Shown: positions 40,825 through 53,155 of the stretch, piece by piece
Layout: every line of letters starts with the position of its first letter
How positions within the stretch are numbered: position 1 is the stretch's first letter
Source of the DNA: Lingula anatina
Taxonomy: Eukaryota > Animalia > Brachiopoda
DNA length: 64,000 nt
Reading direction: 5' to 3'
Assembly (NCBI GenBank): GCA_051362555.1
Contig: CM120644.1
Span: 938,954-1,002,953, forward strand
The notes under the pieces: model-generated
What the model was told of the DNA's origin: nothing
Database searches by the model: none
What the model saw: the letters and a program-made list of their open reading frames with translations, nothing else
Translations under genes and position numbers: made by a program

Positions 40825-42493
40825 CTTCCTCGACTGCTGTGGTATTAAAGAGCTTCTGCGCCGAGTTCCTTCCTAATGTGTGCCGAGCGCGCGGCGTTAG
40901 TTACCTGATAACCTCCATAGAGCAAACAGTTTGAGATGTCCTACAATTTTGTTTGATGATCGTGTGAAAGCGGTCTATTCCCAGCCCCTATCGGACTAAC
41001 TTTGGATCGATCTATCTCCAATGGAATTCTCGCTAAATTGCAATCAACTTAAACGGCTTAGATGTCTGCCACGCCTCCTGAAGCTGCTAGGGGTGATTAG
41101 TTATCGTTTAGCAGCTTCAGTAGCTGTGCCAGACATCTAAGCTACTTAAGCCGAAAGCAATTTAACGAGAAACCCCATGAAGATGTATCGATCCTATTAG
41201 ATCGATCTAGGCATGGGAACCCAGGTTATGCCAAAGTGAAGACGATTCGTGTCTCTATTAATGGTGCACTGTTCAAGTATTTTTTTGAAAACATGAAATG
41301 TATATAGGAAGGAACAATCCATGTTAAAATGAATAATTCAAATTTACGAATGCAGTTTTTGTTGTTTGTGGTTAACCAGATTAACATGTGATGCACGGCG
41401 CTTTCCTAAATATAGATAAACAAACTGTCAATTTTTTCAGTAGGTCTAAGTTTCCAATTTGAAATCACGGGCGTAATCGAAAGTGTTATGGGTAATAGGC
41501 AACGAATTAATGCACATATACTGGGACTTCTTCCTTGTTGACAACTAAATGTCAGTTCTCATGTCAAGTTGTTTGGTTTTTCAAACGGGTATCTATTTGT
41601 TTTGATAAACGTGCAGTGCAGAACAAACATAGACGACACACGATCGATATAGCAGACCAAACCGACACGGAGTATTAAACAGTTTTAAATCATTTGAGTT
41701 CTCTCTCGGCAAAGACCTCAAACACATTTAACACGTAAAGATGCTGGAGCAGATATGTGTTCTGCGGGCAGGAAATGCCAAAACTACTCGTAGCTCTCCC
41801 GACAGGCAACAACATCTATCAAAACGAGGGTCATCTCCCCCATTAATGGTCCATGACTGTACTGGATACAGTTTGGTCCTCTTCTAGAAATAAAATGAAA
41901 CCTAAATTGGTTTAGGTAGAATGACGTAACTGAAATAAAAACATGTTCATTCATAGCCCTAGGGGGTATTGAATTAGACCTTTCCGGGTTGACCCTTCAT
42001 CAAAGTGACCACAGAGCCGTAAACCCATGGCTGACCAATGAACGACCACTTTACAAATGGTTTTGTAACCGATGCAAGCACAATATCCGATAACTGTCAT
42101 TTTCTATAGAGATAGATTACTTATTTACAGATGAAAATAAATTGAAATATGAGATGCATTTTACTATACTAATATGCGACAGTGTATGTAGAGCTGAGTG
42201 TAGGGTCTATATATCGTACACACGCATTGATACAATAACAAATAAGTTTTATTTGTCATGCTATTAATGTGTGTGCACTTTAAAAGAGAGAGAGAGAGAG
42301 AGGCGTGTGTCATAGAGTGAACACAACACTATCGTGGCAGCAGAGGAAGACGGGTAGGCGGGAGATCAGTGTACACGTGTATAGTAGCGGTGCCAGTTTG
42401 TCACAGCTGTCACATTCAATATTCTGAATGATAAAGTTGTAAGTGGTGATATCATTATGTGTTACAAAATACAAAATAGATCATTCGACCTTA

Positions 42494-43470
42494 AGCCTCG
42501 GTCACAACTGGCCGCACGGGCTCTTACGGCCTGTTTGCGTCCAAATTTTGAGCAGAATCTCACGTGCAACGCAAGTCCCTCTTGCGAATTTTGGAGTCAG
42601 CAAACAGCCCGTATGCACGTACGGAGGATGTTGTACAAGGCCAGAAGATTGTACGAATAATCTGCGAACAGCGAGGCCGCAAACATAAAGCCTAGGTCCC
42701 AACCGAACGTACGGGCTGCTACGTGTGGTCTACGGCCAAAAAAATGGGGAAAACGTGGGAGTTCGTGCGTGAGGAGCACGTCCATCGTGCGACTTTTGGA
42801 GGACGCAAACAGCACCTAGTAACTTTTCGACATGATCAACAGCCGCTACGTGCGATCTAGCTACGTCCTTGCTGGACGCAAGGAACCAAAAACCCGTGCG
42901 TCCAAAACGTAGTTGGGACCTAGGCTTTACTTGCTTCACTCGCAAGGAGTTCGCAAGTGGGACGTGCGTGGTCTAAGACGCACGTCGCAAACAATGAAGG
43001 AGCAAGCGCCCTTTGCGTGTGGATTACAGCGCACGCCCTCACAAATAACGATCAAAGTCGAAAGCACCACGGAGGTGCGTCGCAGGAGCGTCACCCCTAC
43101 TCCAGGAGTATAAAAGGTGTAATCATGCCGCACGCTCGTGTCTCGACAGTACTACGTTTGTGCAACCTGTACAACAAATTCCAAAAATCTCGAATTTTGC
43201 TTAATTCAATTTCTAACATGCCCCCAAAAGGCAAGAAAAATCCTTACAGAGCAGTTAAGAGGGGAGAAAGAAGAAGAAAGAAGGGAAGAACAGTAGGCAA
43301 AACCGTTGCACGCTGTTAGTACGTCATTACAAGCGTGTGAGGCAAGTGTGAAACAAAAGGGAGCTACTTTCGCCGTGCGTTGCTTTCTCTTCAATAGTGG
43401 TGAGCGCCTGCCACGTACGCAGGTAGCAAGACAAACACGAGAAATAAGTACAATTTACATTGCACCTTGC
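42494..43470 (+). mobile_element. PIF/Harbinger-like element 5' end (truncated) carrying a nested related MITE
   Basis: tta|agcctcggtcacaac terminus, GC-rich cgtac/gcacg subterminal repeats, TATAAAA near 43109 and a short basic ORF start MPPKGKKNPY at about 43218. No matching right end found. Confidence 0.5.
42689..42926. mobile_element. Harbinger-like MITE
   Basis: Perfect 15-bp TIR agcctaggtcccaac / gttgggacctaggct flanked by taa and tta (a TA-TSD reading, 42688-42927, is also possible). Confidence 0.8.
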
Positions 43471-43660
43471 AATTAGCGTCCCTAGTTGGATCGTCCCTGG
43501 TTGGATCGATCTAATCTCTGGGAATGGGGTCTTAGATCGATCCATCTAGATCGACCTAACTTCCTGCGGGTTCACGCTAAATTGCTGTCAGCCGAGCGCG
43601 CACGGAAGTTATGGGTAACCCCTTGCAGCTGTTAATAGGTGGGGCAGACGCTTAAGCCGG

Positions 43661-45626
43661 TGTCAAGCAACACAGAGTCCTACCATTCTAGGGTCCGGCG
43701 GACCCGGTGTTTTAAAACTGAGAGTCCGGCGGACTCCCTGTCTCGAAATAACGGGTCCCGGACTCTATGTTCTGAAATGTAGAGTCCCCCTAGACACTCA
43801 ATTTCAGTAGGGAAATTCCTAGGACCCTACGTTTTAATACTGAAAGTCCGCAATAATGAAATCTCACACTTAAAACATGCAATTTAAAAATAACATTGAA
43901 CATGATGTTGACTGATACAGAGGGAAGAATTATAAGGATTAAAGGTAAAATAAACATTACTAACCTCTGTTAAAGTGTAACACGTAGTATAAATGTGCAT
44001 TATTCTCATTTCATAAACTTTAATTTGCAGTTTTATCTTTTGTATGCAATTGAGAAAGAACATCACTAAAGAAATATAAATTTATTCAGAATATATAAGT
44101 GCCTTTGGTGAACTTCCTGATTTTACAAAAAAGTTTATTTTATTAATCAGTATAGTTGTTGTCTTTTCTCCTCAATTTCATTTTCTCTTTGTCGTGCATT
44201 TCTTGTAACAAGGCAATTTCTTATCTTCGCTTTCTACTACTTTCCTCCTTCTCCCTCTCTTCCTTCCCACTCTCTACTCCAACTATCTTTCTTACAACTC
44301 TGTAACATAAGCAGCCGCTTACAAGCTAAAACAGAAAGATAAATATGTACCTTAAATGTACATGTAAGTTGCGCTTTTATTAAACAGTCTTGAAGTTAAG
44401 CGGGTATAATAAATGTATAAAACTTACTTTATAATGGTTTGCGGCGCTTCTCCTGATTGCTCTTTTCTGATTGTTGGATGTTCGTCTTCTGTACCTGCCA
44501 TATTGTAAATAAAGTCGCACTGCTTGAAAATCCCTGCTGACAGAGTAAGACATCGCGAAGAGCTAGACATTTTATACCCTGAGAAACATGGAATACATTC
44601 CTTTTGGATTGATTCCTTTTTCATTTAGGGTATGCAACTTAAATTAGAACTTTATATAATTTGTTAAATAAAATTAAGAGTACTTTTTCAATTACGCCCC
44701 ATAAGCATGTATATTTGATAACTAATTAATTTCGTCAGTTTCAAGAAAATACATATTTTGCACAATTTGGCATTGATGCACTGTATAACGCTAGCTGTCA
44801 CACATTTATGAGTGGTAGTCATTGTAGACTAAGTCACGCGTATAGTCTAAAGAAAAGAAACGTTTTGCACAGCTTAGCATCGATTCATTGTGTACCACTA
44901 GCTTACACACATTTGCGAGTGGTATTCAAATAAGTCACGCGTATATTCAGTCCAAAGCATCACAATGAAATGGGATGTGTGGGATATATTTTAAGTAAGT
45001 CCAATTAAAAAAAAGGTATGAAATGTAATCAAAAGTGTGTATATATCACATTTTATTGTGAAATGAAACACAATAAATGGACAGTAAGTTGAATATTTAA
45101 CTATAGATTTAAAAAAAAAAGAGTGAAAATTGAGGCGTTATAAAGTCAACTCTAGAGTTGGACTAGAACCAACATATATTGTTAAATTACTGCAAACTTC
45201 CCTGTCATTGGATACCACAGTAGGCTCACCACCTGTGTCGCTGTCCACTACACCACCAGGACGTTGTGCAAACCACCGCCTTTTTGTTATATTATATTTA
45301 CTTGCATCAAGGGCTTTGCTTTATTATAATTCTATTATACCCAGATTGTCAATATAAAGCGCTTTTACTAAATATCTACATTAGGACCCTAGCTTTTAGA
45401 CCCAGTTATTCTGTATGACGAGCGGACTCTGTGTTTCGTGATAGCTGTCATGAAACGTAGGGTCCGGTTAAATGCTGGGTCCGGGGGACCCTGTATATTA
45501 TATCCAATTACCATGATACAGAGTCCGGGACCCGTTATTTCAGAAACCAGGGGTCCGTACGACGCCTGGTTTCTGAAATAACGAGTCCCGGACTTTCTGT
45601 CATGAGGGACCTTCTGGTACATGACA
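43661..45626. mobile_element. Ginger1-like non-autonomous DNA transposon
   Basis: TGTCA...TGACA termini, 4-bp CCGG TSD (43657-43660 and 45627-45630), imperfect TIRs of about 175 bp (shared gaaataacgggtcccggactct and ggaccctacgttt); it splits a gatcgatcta-family MITE whose halves rejoin on removal. Confidence 0.8.
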
Positions 45627-46139
45627 CCGGCTAAGCTGACAGTAATCTAGTGAGACTCCCCACAGGGATAGATCGATCTAAAATATGTTGGAATGGGGTC
45701 TAAATCTGCGGGAATGCAGTCAATATACCCTTCACTAACAGACATTTGCGAAGGATTTTTTTTTAAAAGCTAAACGCGGAGCTAAAATATTCTGGATAGC
45801 AGCTATTGCCATCGCTATGTTTTATGCCTATTATATACTTCATACGTGCACGTGTTTCAGTATTTCTAACCAGTTTATCCGAAGACTTATCTTGTATACA
45901 CGTCACCGTATCAACACAGTAGCCCAGGTCCATACAGTACTAGAGTAGTGTAACTGTTCTAGTTCAAACAATGGTATCACCACGTCCAGTCTGGGAGACA
46001 GGACAACATATCTATACAGAGTTCCTGGCCCCTACTTGGTGATATAAAACATGTTCACATGTGACACATACAACTGAAGAACTATCTGATAACCTTATCA
46101 TCAGTGTATGTCAGTTATGTATATATCAGGCACATGACT

Positions 46140-46264
46140 ACGTAACCTGACGCCATTATTAAAAACTGCAGGGTCCAGGAAAGAGGTTGGGAGGCGACAC
46201 CAGTCCGTTCCTTTCAAGATATCTGCTGTCTGTGGAACTGGAAAGAACACTTGCTCTCCTTGTA
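46140..46264 (+). promoter_or_regulatory. Putative promoter and non-coding first exon of the CARD-TRIM-NHL gene
   Basis: CRE-like tgacgcca and AT-rich tattaaaa near 46150-46165, then a GC-richer segment ending in a gtaagt donor at 46265; the next plausible acceptor is 50712. Inference. Confidence 0.35.
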
Positions 46265-46326
46265 GTAAGTACATGTACCGTGCTGATATTGCTAAGTGGA
46301 CAGTTTCTTGCTTGTAAAAAATGTAG

Positions 46327-46329
<3 letters not shown>

Positions 46330-46384
<55 letters not shown>
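46330..46384. repeat. (TA)n microsatellite; others at 11841-11866 and 56845-56911, (GA)n 29176-29208, (TTTA)n 16008-16053, poly-A 3706-3751
   Basis: Direct reading. Confidence 0.9.
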
Positions 46385-46392
<8 letters not shown>

Positions 46393-48280
46393 GTACTAGG
46401 AGATTTCTATTTGTGTGTGTGGAGGTGTGTGGGGGGGGGGGAGGTCTGATCACAGTCCAGGGGAAATAAATTAACCAAATCACAAGTCGTTGTAGATAAA
46501 ACTTCATGCATATTTTATTGAAAATGCGAGTTTGGAGAGTTGAAAATCACGAATAACTTAGCATAATGACTTCGCTTACGAAGGACGAGGGAAAAAAGTC
46601 ATTTATGAGTCACATTTACACATGTATGAGTCACATTTATGAGTCACGGGAATGGGGTGCTTCGCAGATCACGCTAAATACATGTAATTTTAACATTTTA
46701 ACATCTCTGAAAATAAATTGTGGTCTTCCCCATAACGAAGATACCTAATGGGATCCTTTAGTTGCAGTAGCTTAGTAACAGTAACTGGTCAAAATAACAA
46801 TTCAATAGCGGGACAGGTGTCTGAAGTAAGCCTACAGGTCTAATCAATGTGCAGAATATTCGGGGCTACGTGACACCTATCACGTCCATGCCCATGTCCC
46901 AGTACCTCCCCTTGTTAAAAGGACAGCATTTTGGGTCAAATTATATCCCCTATCAGTCAGCTGACGAGCACATGACTTGAGAACATAACGCTATTTTGTC
47001 GATTACTTGCAACCCCTTGCTAAGTTCCAAAAGTGACTTTGGCCCATGGGCGTGCTCTTTCAATTAATTTTGGTTCCTTAAATTGGCATCTGGTGACAAT
47101 GGCAAATGGTGCTACTTACCCCTCCCCCCTCCTGCACCATGCACTTTATTCCTAGTGCGCCTAGCACCGGCTTGATTGAGAAAAGTAAGAGGCTGTAGCT
47201 TTATGCATGAAACCGAAAGCTTGGAAGTACTGAGTTTTAAAATGGGAGTTTCTAAAGAATATAACCATGAAAAGTCCTATGAGCCATTTTACTACCAACC
47301 AATAAAATAGTCTCTGCAAAGTAAAAAAAATGATTTCAATAAAGAAATGATTTTGCTGAGCTGGTGTTTCTTAAACCAAAGCCATGATTGGGATGCCTTG
47401 ATACAAAACTTGCGATTGCTCAGAAGATTGCTACAGATTCAAATATATTTAACAATGTCTGTTTCATTACATACGGCGTTGGAAATGTCACTGTTTCTAA
47501 AAAATAACTATTCACTTAGAGCCGTTTTATTACCCTCTAACAGGGCCGCAGATGAATAATGGCGACTTTTTCCAACGCGAGAATTATCAAGAGACGTCTG
47601 TGGATATCTAGTGAAAACGTCTATGTTTGGTCCAGATAGAGCGTGCTGTTTGACCCAGTTCTAACGTCAGATATTTCATTTTTCATTTAAATTTTTCATG
47701 TCGCACTATAGAAAATATGTCAAGCCTTGTGCAACAGGCGAACACAAATGAAAATAACGGGATTATAAACAATACATTTATTGTGTAAATAATAATATTT
47801 GTTTTCGAACACAAGACGAACCGATGGAGGCTACAACTCTGCCTCTGTAAGCAGCCATCGTGTCCGCATTCGACACAGTGTTCATGCCATAATGTTAGAA
47901 CTCTAGATAAAGTATATTGTTTGAATTCTATCCCCAATTACCAATTAACATTCACACCTGAATTGTTCAGTATAGCACATCCGTCCAAAAGCATAAATGT
48001 TTCATTTCCTGCTTAAAGGTAAGACAATAAGCCATAAACCCCTCAAAAGGTACATGAAATCAAAATTTTTTTTTTTTAATATACAGAAAGATATGACCGG
48101 GCAAATGATTTAATCCCCCCCCCCCGTGTACCTGTAACAGCACGATAGGCGCACATGCTGCATTCAGTTGAATGGGTCCAAAGTTCACACCTGCAGATGA
48201 GGCTTAATTGATGAATGTGAATGATTCCCTAAAATATATGGTAATTAATGTTCTCGTAAAAACTGAGTGTCACTGAGTGT

Positions 48281-49177
48281 CACACCCTGAGTGTCACTGC
48301 CTTGTCAACTAGCATGATGGCTGAAGTGAACTGAGGCCACACCCTGAGTGTCACTGCCTTGTCAACTAGGTTGATGGCTGAAGTAAACTGAGGCCACAAC
48401 CTGAGTGTCACTGCCTTGTCAACTAGAATAATGGCTGAAGTGAACCGAGGCCACACTCTGAGTGTCACTGACTTGTCAACTAGCTTGATGGCTGAAGTGA
48501 ACTGAGGTCAAACCCTGAGTGTCACTGCCTTGTTAACTAGCTTGATGACTGAAGTGAACTGAGGTCACACCCTGAGTGTCACTGCCTTGTCAACTAGCTT
48601 GATGACTGAAGTGAACCGGGACCACACCCTGAGTGTCACTGCCTTGTTAACTAGCTTGATGACTGAAGTGAACTGAGGTCACACCCTGAGTGTCACTGCC
48701 TTGTCAACTAGCTTGATGACTGTTGTGAAATGGGGCCACACCCTGAGTGTCACTGCCTTGTCAACTAGCTTGATGACTGAAGTGAACTGGGGGCCACACC
48801 CTGAGTGTCACTGCCTTGTCAACTAGCTTGATGGCTGAAGTGAACTGGGGGCCACACCCTGAGTGTCACTGCCTTGTCAACTAGCTTGATGACTGAAGTG
48901 AACTGGGGGCCACACCCTGAGTGTCACTGCCTTGTCAACTAGCTTGATGGCTGAAGTGAACTGGGGGCCACACCCTGAGTGTCACTGCCTTGTCAACTAG
49001 CTTGATGGCTGAAGTGAACTGGGGGCCACACCCTGAGTGTCACTGCCTTGTCAACTAGCTTGATGGCTGAAGTGAACTGGGGCCACACCCTGAGTGTCAC
49101 TGCCTTGTCAACTAACATGATGACTGAAGTGAACCGGTGCCACACCCTGAGTATCACTGCCTTGTATACTAGCTTGG
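48281..49177. repeat. Minisatellite, about 15.6 x 57-58 bp
   Basis: Unit cacaccctgagtgtcactgccttgtcaactagcttgatggctgaagtgaactg(g)ggc repeated head to tail without spacers. Confidence 0.95.
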
Positions 49178-50321
49178 TGTTTAAAATGTACTTGGGTTGG
49201 TTTTACAATAGAAGGTTTACCACTCATTTGGCTTAACACACATAAAATTTGGTCCACCTCAGTTTAATATAACTCCGCAATAGTCAAATTAAATGCCAGT
49301 AGAGTACGTGCGTCTTGGTCTGAAACATCAGTTATATTATGTCGTGCATTGAAACTGTTGTAATGCTTTATTCATTAAGACGGCTTCCGGTTAGTCTTGA
49401 ACCATCGTTTTTCCATTCTTTTGTCCCAAAGTCTGAAAAATCTAGACCAGTTTTTGGACTGAAGTTCTTTCATATTCATAATCTTTCTTGCTTATTTTGT
49501 GGAAATTTTTTCACGAGAGATTGAAGCAAATATATGAAGGGTGAAATCGCTTGTCCTATCACAGTGCTGAATTGTAGACTTGGTGATATCAGAAATGTAC
49601 ACACTTCAACTCCACTACTGTTGGCAGGAGGTGACGTCAGGTCAAACAGATTTCTCGTTTAGTAACAAACACACGAATAGTATAGGGGAAAAGGCTGAAT
49701 CGTTGATTTTATTTTAGCGCTCCTTGTCTACTTCTAAAAGAAAGAAAACATACTAGATGTAATTGCTTTTCAGTTTTGTTTCATTATTAAAAATAGCATG
49801 CACAGACTGGCAAACAGGGTTTGCACTTGATGTTTTCAACACGTATTATTAGTACTTTTTATCAGAAAACGTCATTAATAAAAGTGAGGCAATTTAGTTC
49901 ACCGGATTATTTTTCGAATGGGTTGACATTTTCGCTCACATTTGACTCCGGTATCCATCTTGCATTCGGCATTGCTGTAGATTATTTTGGATTCCACATG
50001 CTTTGGGGTTCACTCGTATTTAACCCATTCTTTCATATTTGTATGTGGACATTTTAAGGAAACACATCACGTTCCTATTTATCATTGGGTTATTTTACAT
50101 TTCAAATGTGTTCACATACTCGGGCATGTACGGGAAGATATATAGTCAACGGTTGCTGAAAAAACTTATATAAACGTGAGCATTATCCCTTCATTTTAAG
50201 CAAACATATTTTTATTTGTATTTTGTTTGCTCCATAAACAGAGATCCACGATATACAGAGATTCACGAAATGTATTACAAACAGTACTTTTATATACATG
50301 TAATGCAAAGGCCTATAGGTA

Positions 50322-50604
50322 CCCGCACGAAAATGCAGTAGTATCGAAGTAGCAAGGAAGCATTAACGCAGTAGTGGTGTGGAGCATATTTGCAGTAGAA
50401 TGCAGTATAGCCTACTGCAATTCTACTTCAAAAATTACATAGGGTTGTACTGAGGAGGAGCATTAATGCAGTAGATTAGCAGCATGATAGAAGCAGGTTT
50501 CAAATATGCTAATTAGCTCCCACATCGAAGCAGATTTGAAGCATATTTGCAGTATGATTGCAGTAGTCTACTGCGCTGGAGTATCTACTTCGTTTTCGTG
50601 CGGG
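50322..50604. mobile_element. Second copy of the 284-bp CCCGCACGAAAA MITE
   Basis: TA|cccgcacgaaaa ... ttttcgtgcggg|TA; near-identical to 762-1045; ends about 108 bp upstream of the CARD exon acceptor. Confidence 0.92.
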
Positions 50605-50719
50605 TATACCTATATATTCGTCTTTCTTTTTGTTTGTTTGTTTATCTGTATATGTATAACGTCTGTAGGGGTACAACGTGTATGATATGCAAGTGTTCAT
50701 TATGTATTTCAGAGTCATC

Positions 50720-53155
50720 ATGAATGAAGATCAAAAGCAGAAGATCAGACAGCAGTATGTCTACCTGGTCAACAACCTGACAGACCCGAGGAGTACAGGA
50801 CTTGCTGCACACCTGTACCAAGATGGCGTCATTGAGCTGCGAGATCGTCAGATTGTGGAGAAGGAAAAAGCAACAGAAGACGCCATAAAACATCTGCTTG
50901 ATGCCGTGATGAACTCTTCACATCAGGGCGCGTTCGACTGTTTCCTCAAACTTTTAGAAGAATATGGACAAGACTACCTGGCCAATGTTTTAAGACAAAG
51001 TACCAGTTCTGAGGGAACAGGTAATATATATAGCCTAATAATGATTGTATTGCAATGGTAAGGTTCTTATTAGTGATGTATTAACATCCGTATTATTAAA
51101 TATGGAATATTTTAACCGTCCATAATTTATATGCATAATGTAGATACGGTCATAGATCGCTGAGGGCTTAAATAAACTTTCCATTCCAAGCTTTTACGGA
51201 ATGAAGTTTACGTGAAGTGATGTTATGGATTGTTATATTATGTAATTAGTAATAATTTGAGTAATGTTATAGGGATTCCACAGCTCTATGTAAATTGAGT
51301 GGTGAAGCATTTCCCATTCTTGGCAGTAAAATATCACCTTTTTTATTTCAGAGAAAACAGTCAAGGGTGATATTTTACTGCCAGGAAGTGCAAATGTTTC
51401 ACAACTCATTTTACATGCATTTATTCATTGTGTTTCATCTAGCATACAGAAGTGTATTACAGCATCAAGACATTGAGAAATGCTCTCATGTTTCTTTTAT
51501 AGCACATTGATTTATGTATTTTGTACATTACTAACGTATAGCATTAGTTAGCCTCAGCTAAGTCATTGTGTATTTAAAATCCAGGCTTATGTGACGTGTG
51601 TCCAAAAGACAAGAAACACCCTGCCACCTCCCTGTGTTTGGACTGTAACGAGCTCATGTGTTCTTCGTGTGCTGACTATCATAGGAGGACAAGCATCTCG
51701 AAGGAGCACAGACTCAATGAATTAACAGCAGCCCTCACAGACAAATGTAAGGTACATCCATCCCTTTATCTTAAATCCTATTGTCCCCAATGTGACGTCC
51801 TGATCTGTGAGCGATGTATGGTGGACACACACAAAGGACACACAGACGCTTGGAAAGACGCTATAACAACGGCCGAGGACTTGAAATGTAAAGTGAACGG
51901 GATTATCGACGAAATCAAAGATATAACTCTCAACAAACCTTCGATAGAAAAAGAAGAACAGAAACGACTAACCGACTTGGACGAGCAAAGACAGCGCGCT
52001 AAACAAGCTATTGAGACACGAGTAGACGAGGTTTGCAAACTAGCAAAGGTCTGTGCTGAAAAAGCCAAAGAAGAAGTGGACAAAGCATATTTTAGTTTAA
52101 AACTTCAGCTGCAAATAACCAATAAAATTGATTCCCTCGAAAAACAACTGAAAGCCTATGAAAATATGGTGAATGACGCTTCCGTCTCTAGTGTAGTTAA
52201 AAATCACGCGGAATGGGAGGCTTCACTAAAGGAAATGTTGGAGACGCATTCCCCCACCTCTCCCGTGCCGGTGCTAAGATTTCAAACCATCACTTGGGCA
52301 GAAACAGCCATACAGCAGGCAATGGGTGCGGTGGTTATAGGAGAGATCACGCCGACATTGATCACACAACACCAACTGCAGTGTTCCAAGGATCCAAAGG
52401 AGTTCCCCATAACTGTGGACAGTATGCCTGGTGGGGACGTCGTGGTGGGGACGGGGTGTAAAGCTGATAAAACCAAGCGTCGTATTATCATCTGTTCCTC
52501 CACATGGGACATCAAGAAGGAGATCAAGGTTACGGGGCTGAGAGGACTGACAGTACTACGTGATGGTACAATAGCAGTCACTGTATATGACGGTAGTACA
52601 CAGGAAGTGAGGATATACACTAAAGACGGTGGTGTGAAATCATCGTTCAAGTGCAGCACACCCAGTCGTATTACAGTGAACCACGAAGGTTACCTGGTCG
52701 TGATGGATTCTAGAGCAAGCACATGTGGTAACGTAATGGTATATCATACTGACGGTACACAGGTCAGGGTATTCTCTGACATCTCATCGAAACCAGTACA
52801 ATATTTCAAGTACATAACAACCACACCCAGTGGTGACGTCATAGTATCAGATCCCAATGACCGCTGTATACGTGTCTACACACCTGAGGGTCAGCTACGG
52901 TACACGTACGGTGGGGAGGGCGTCATGAAGTATTCACAGGGTGTCTGTGTGGATGAAGATGGAACCATATTTATATCCGACCTCCATGCTGACAACATGT
53001 ATATCCACCAGGTGTCTCCTGCTGGCCAGTTCATGCGATATGTGCTGACAGACAAGGATGGACTGTGGGGACCCAAGGACGTGTGTATCAACAAGGAAGG
53101 GCACCTTGTGGCAGCTCAACAAGACGGATGGATCAAGGCTTACAAGTATAAATAA
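50720..53155 (+). CDS. CARD-like domain + B-box1 + B-box2 + coiled coil + NHL repeats (RING-less TRIM-NHL), about 623 aa
   Basis: Exon 50720-51020 (MNEDQKQKIRQQYVYLVNNL..LYQDGVI..LLDAV..AFDCFLKLLEEYGQDYLANVL, CARD-like helical pattern), phase-1 donor CAG|gtaata, acceptor ccag|51585, exon 51585-53155 (CDVC..CLDC..CSSCADYH..H; CKVH..CPQCDVLICERCMVDTHKGH; heptad region; NHL-like repeats PSRITVNHEG, SQGVCVDEDGTIFISD, PKDVCINKEG). 1872 nt, open. Confidence 0.88.

Noticed and set aside
42957-43319. 120-aa basic ORF as a host gene
   Set aside because: Lies inside a Harbinger-like end and has no recognisable domain; better explained as a TE remnant.
48281-49177. CRISPR-like array or repeat-protein ORF (TLRVWPQFTSAI repeats)
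   Set aside because: Head-to-tail units without unique spacers, no cas genes, eukaryotic context; 58-bp units break the frame.
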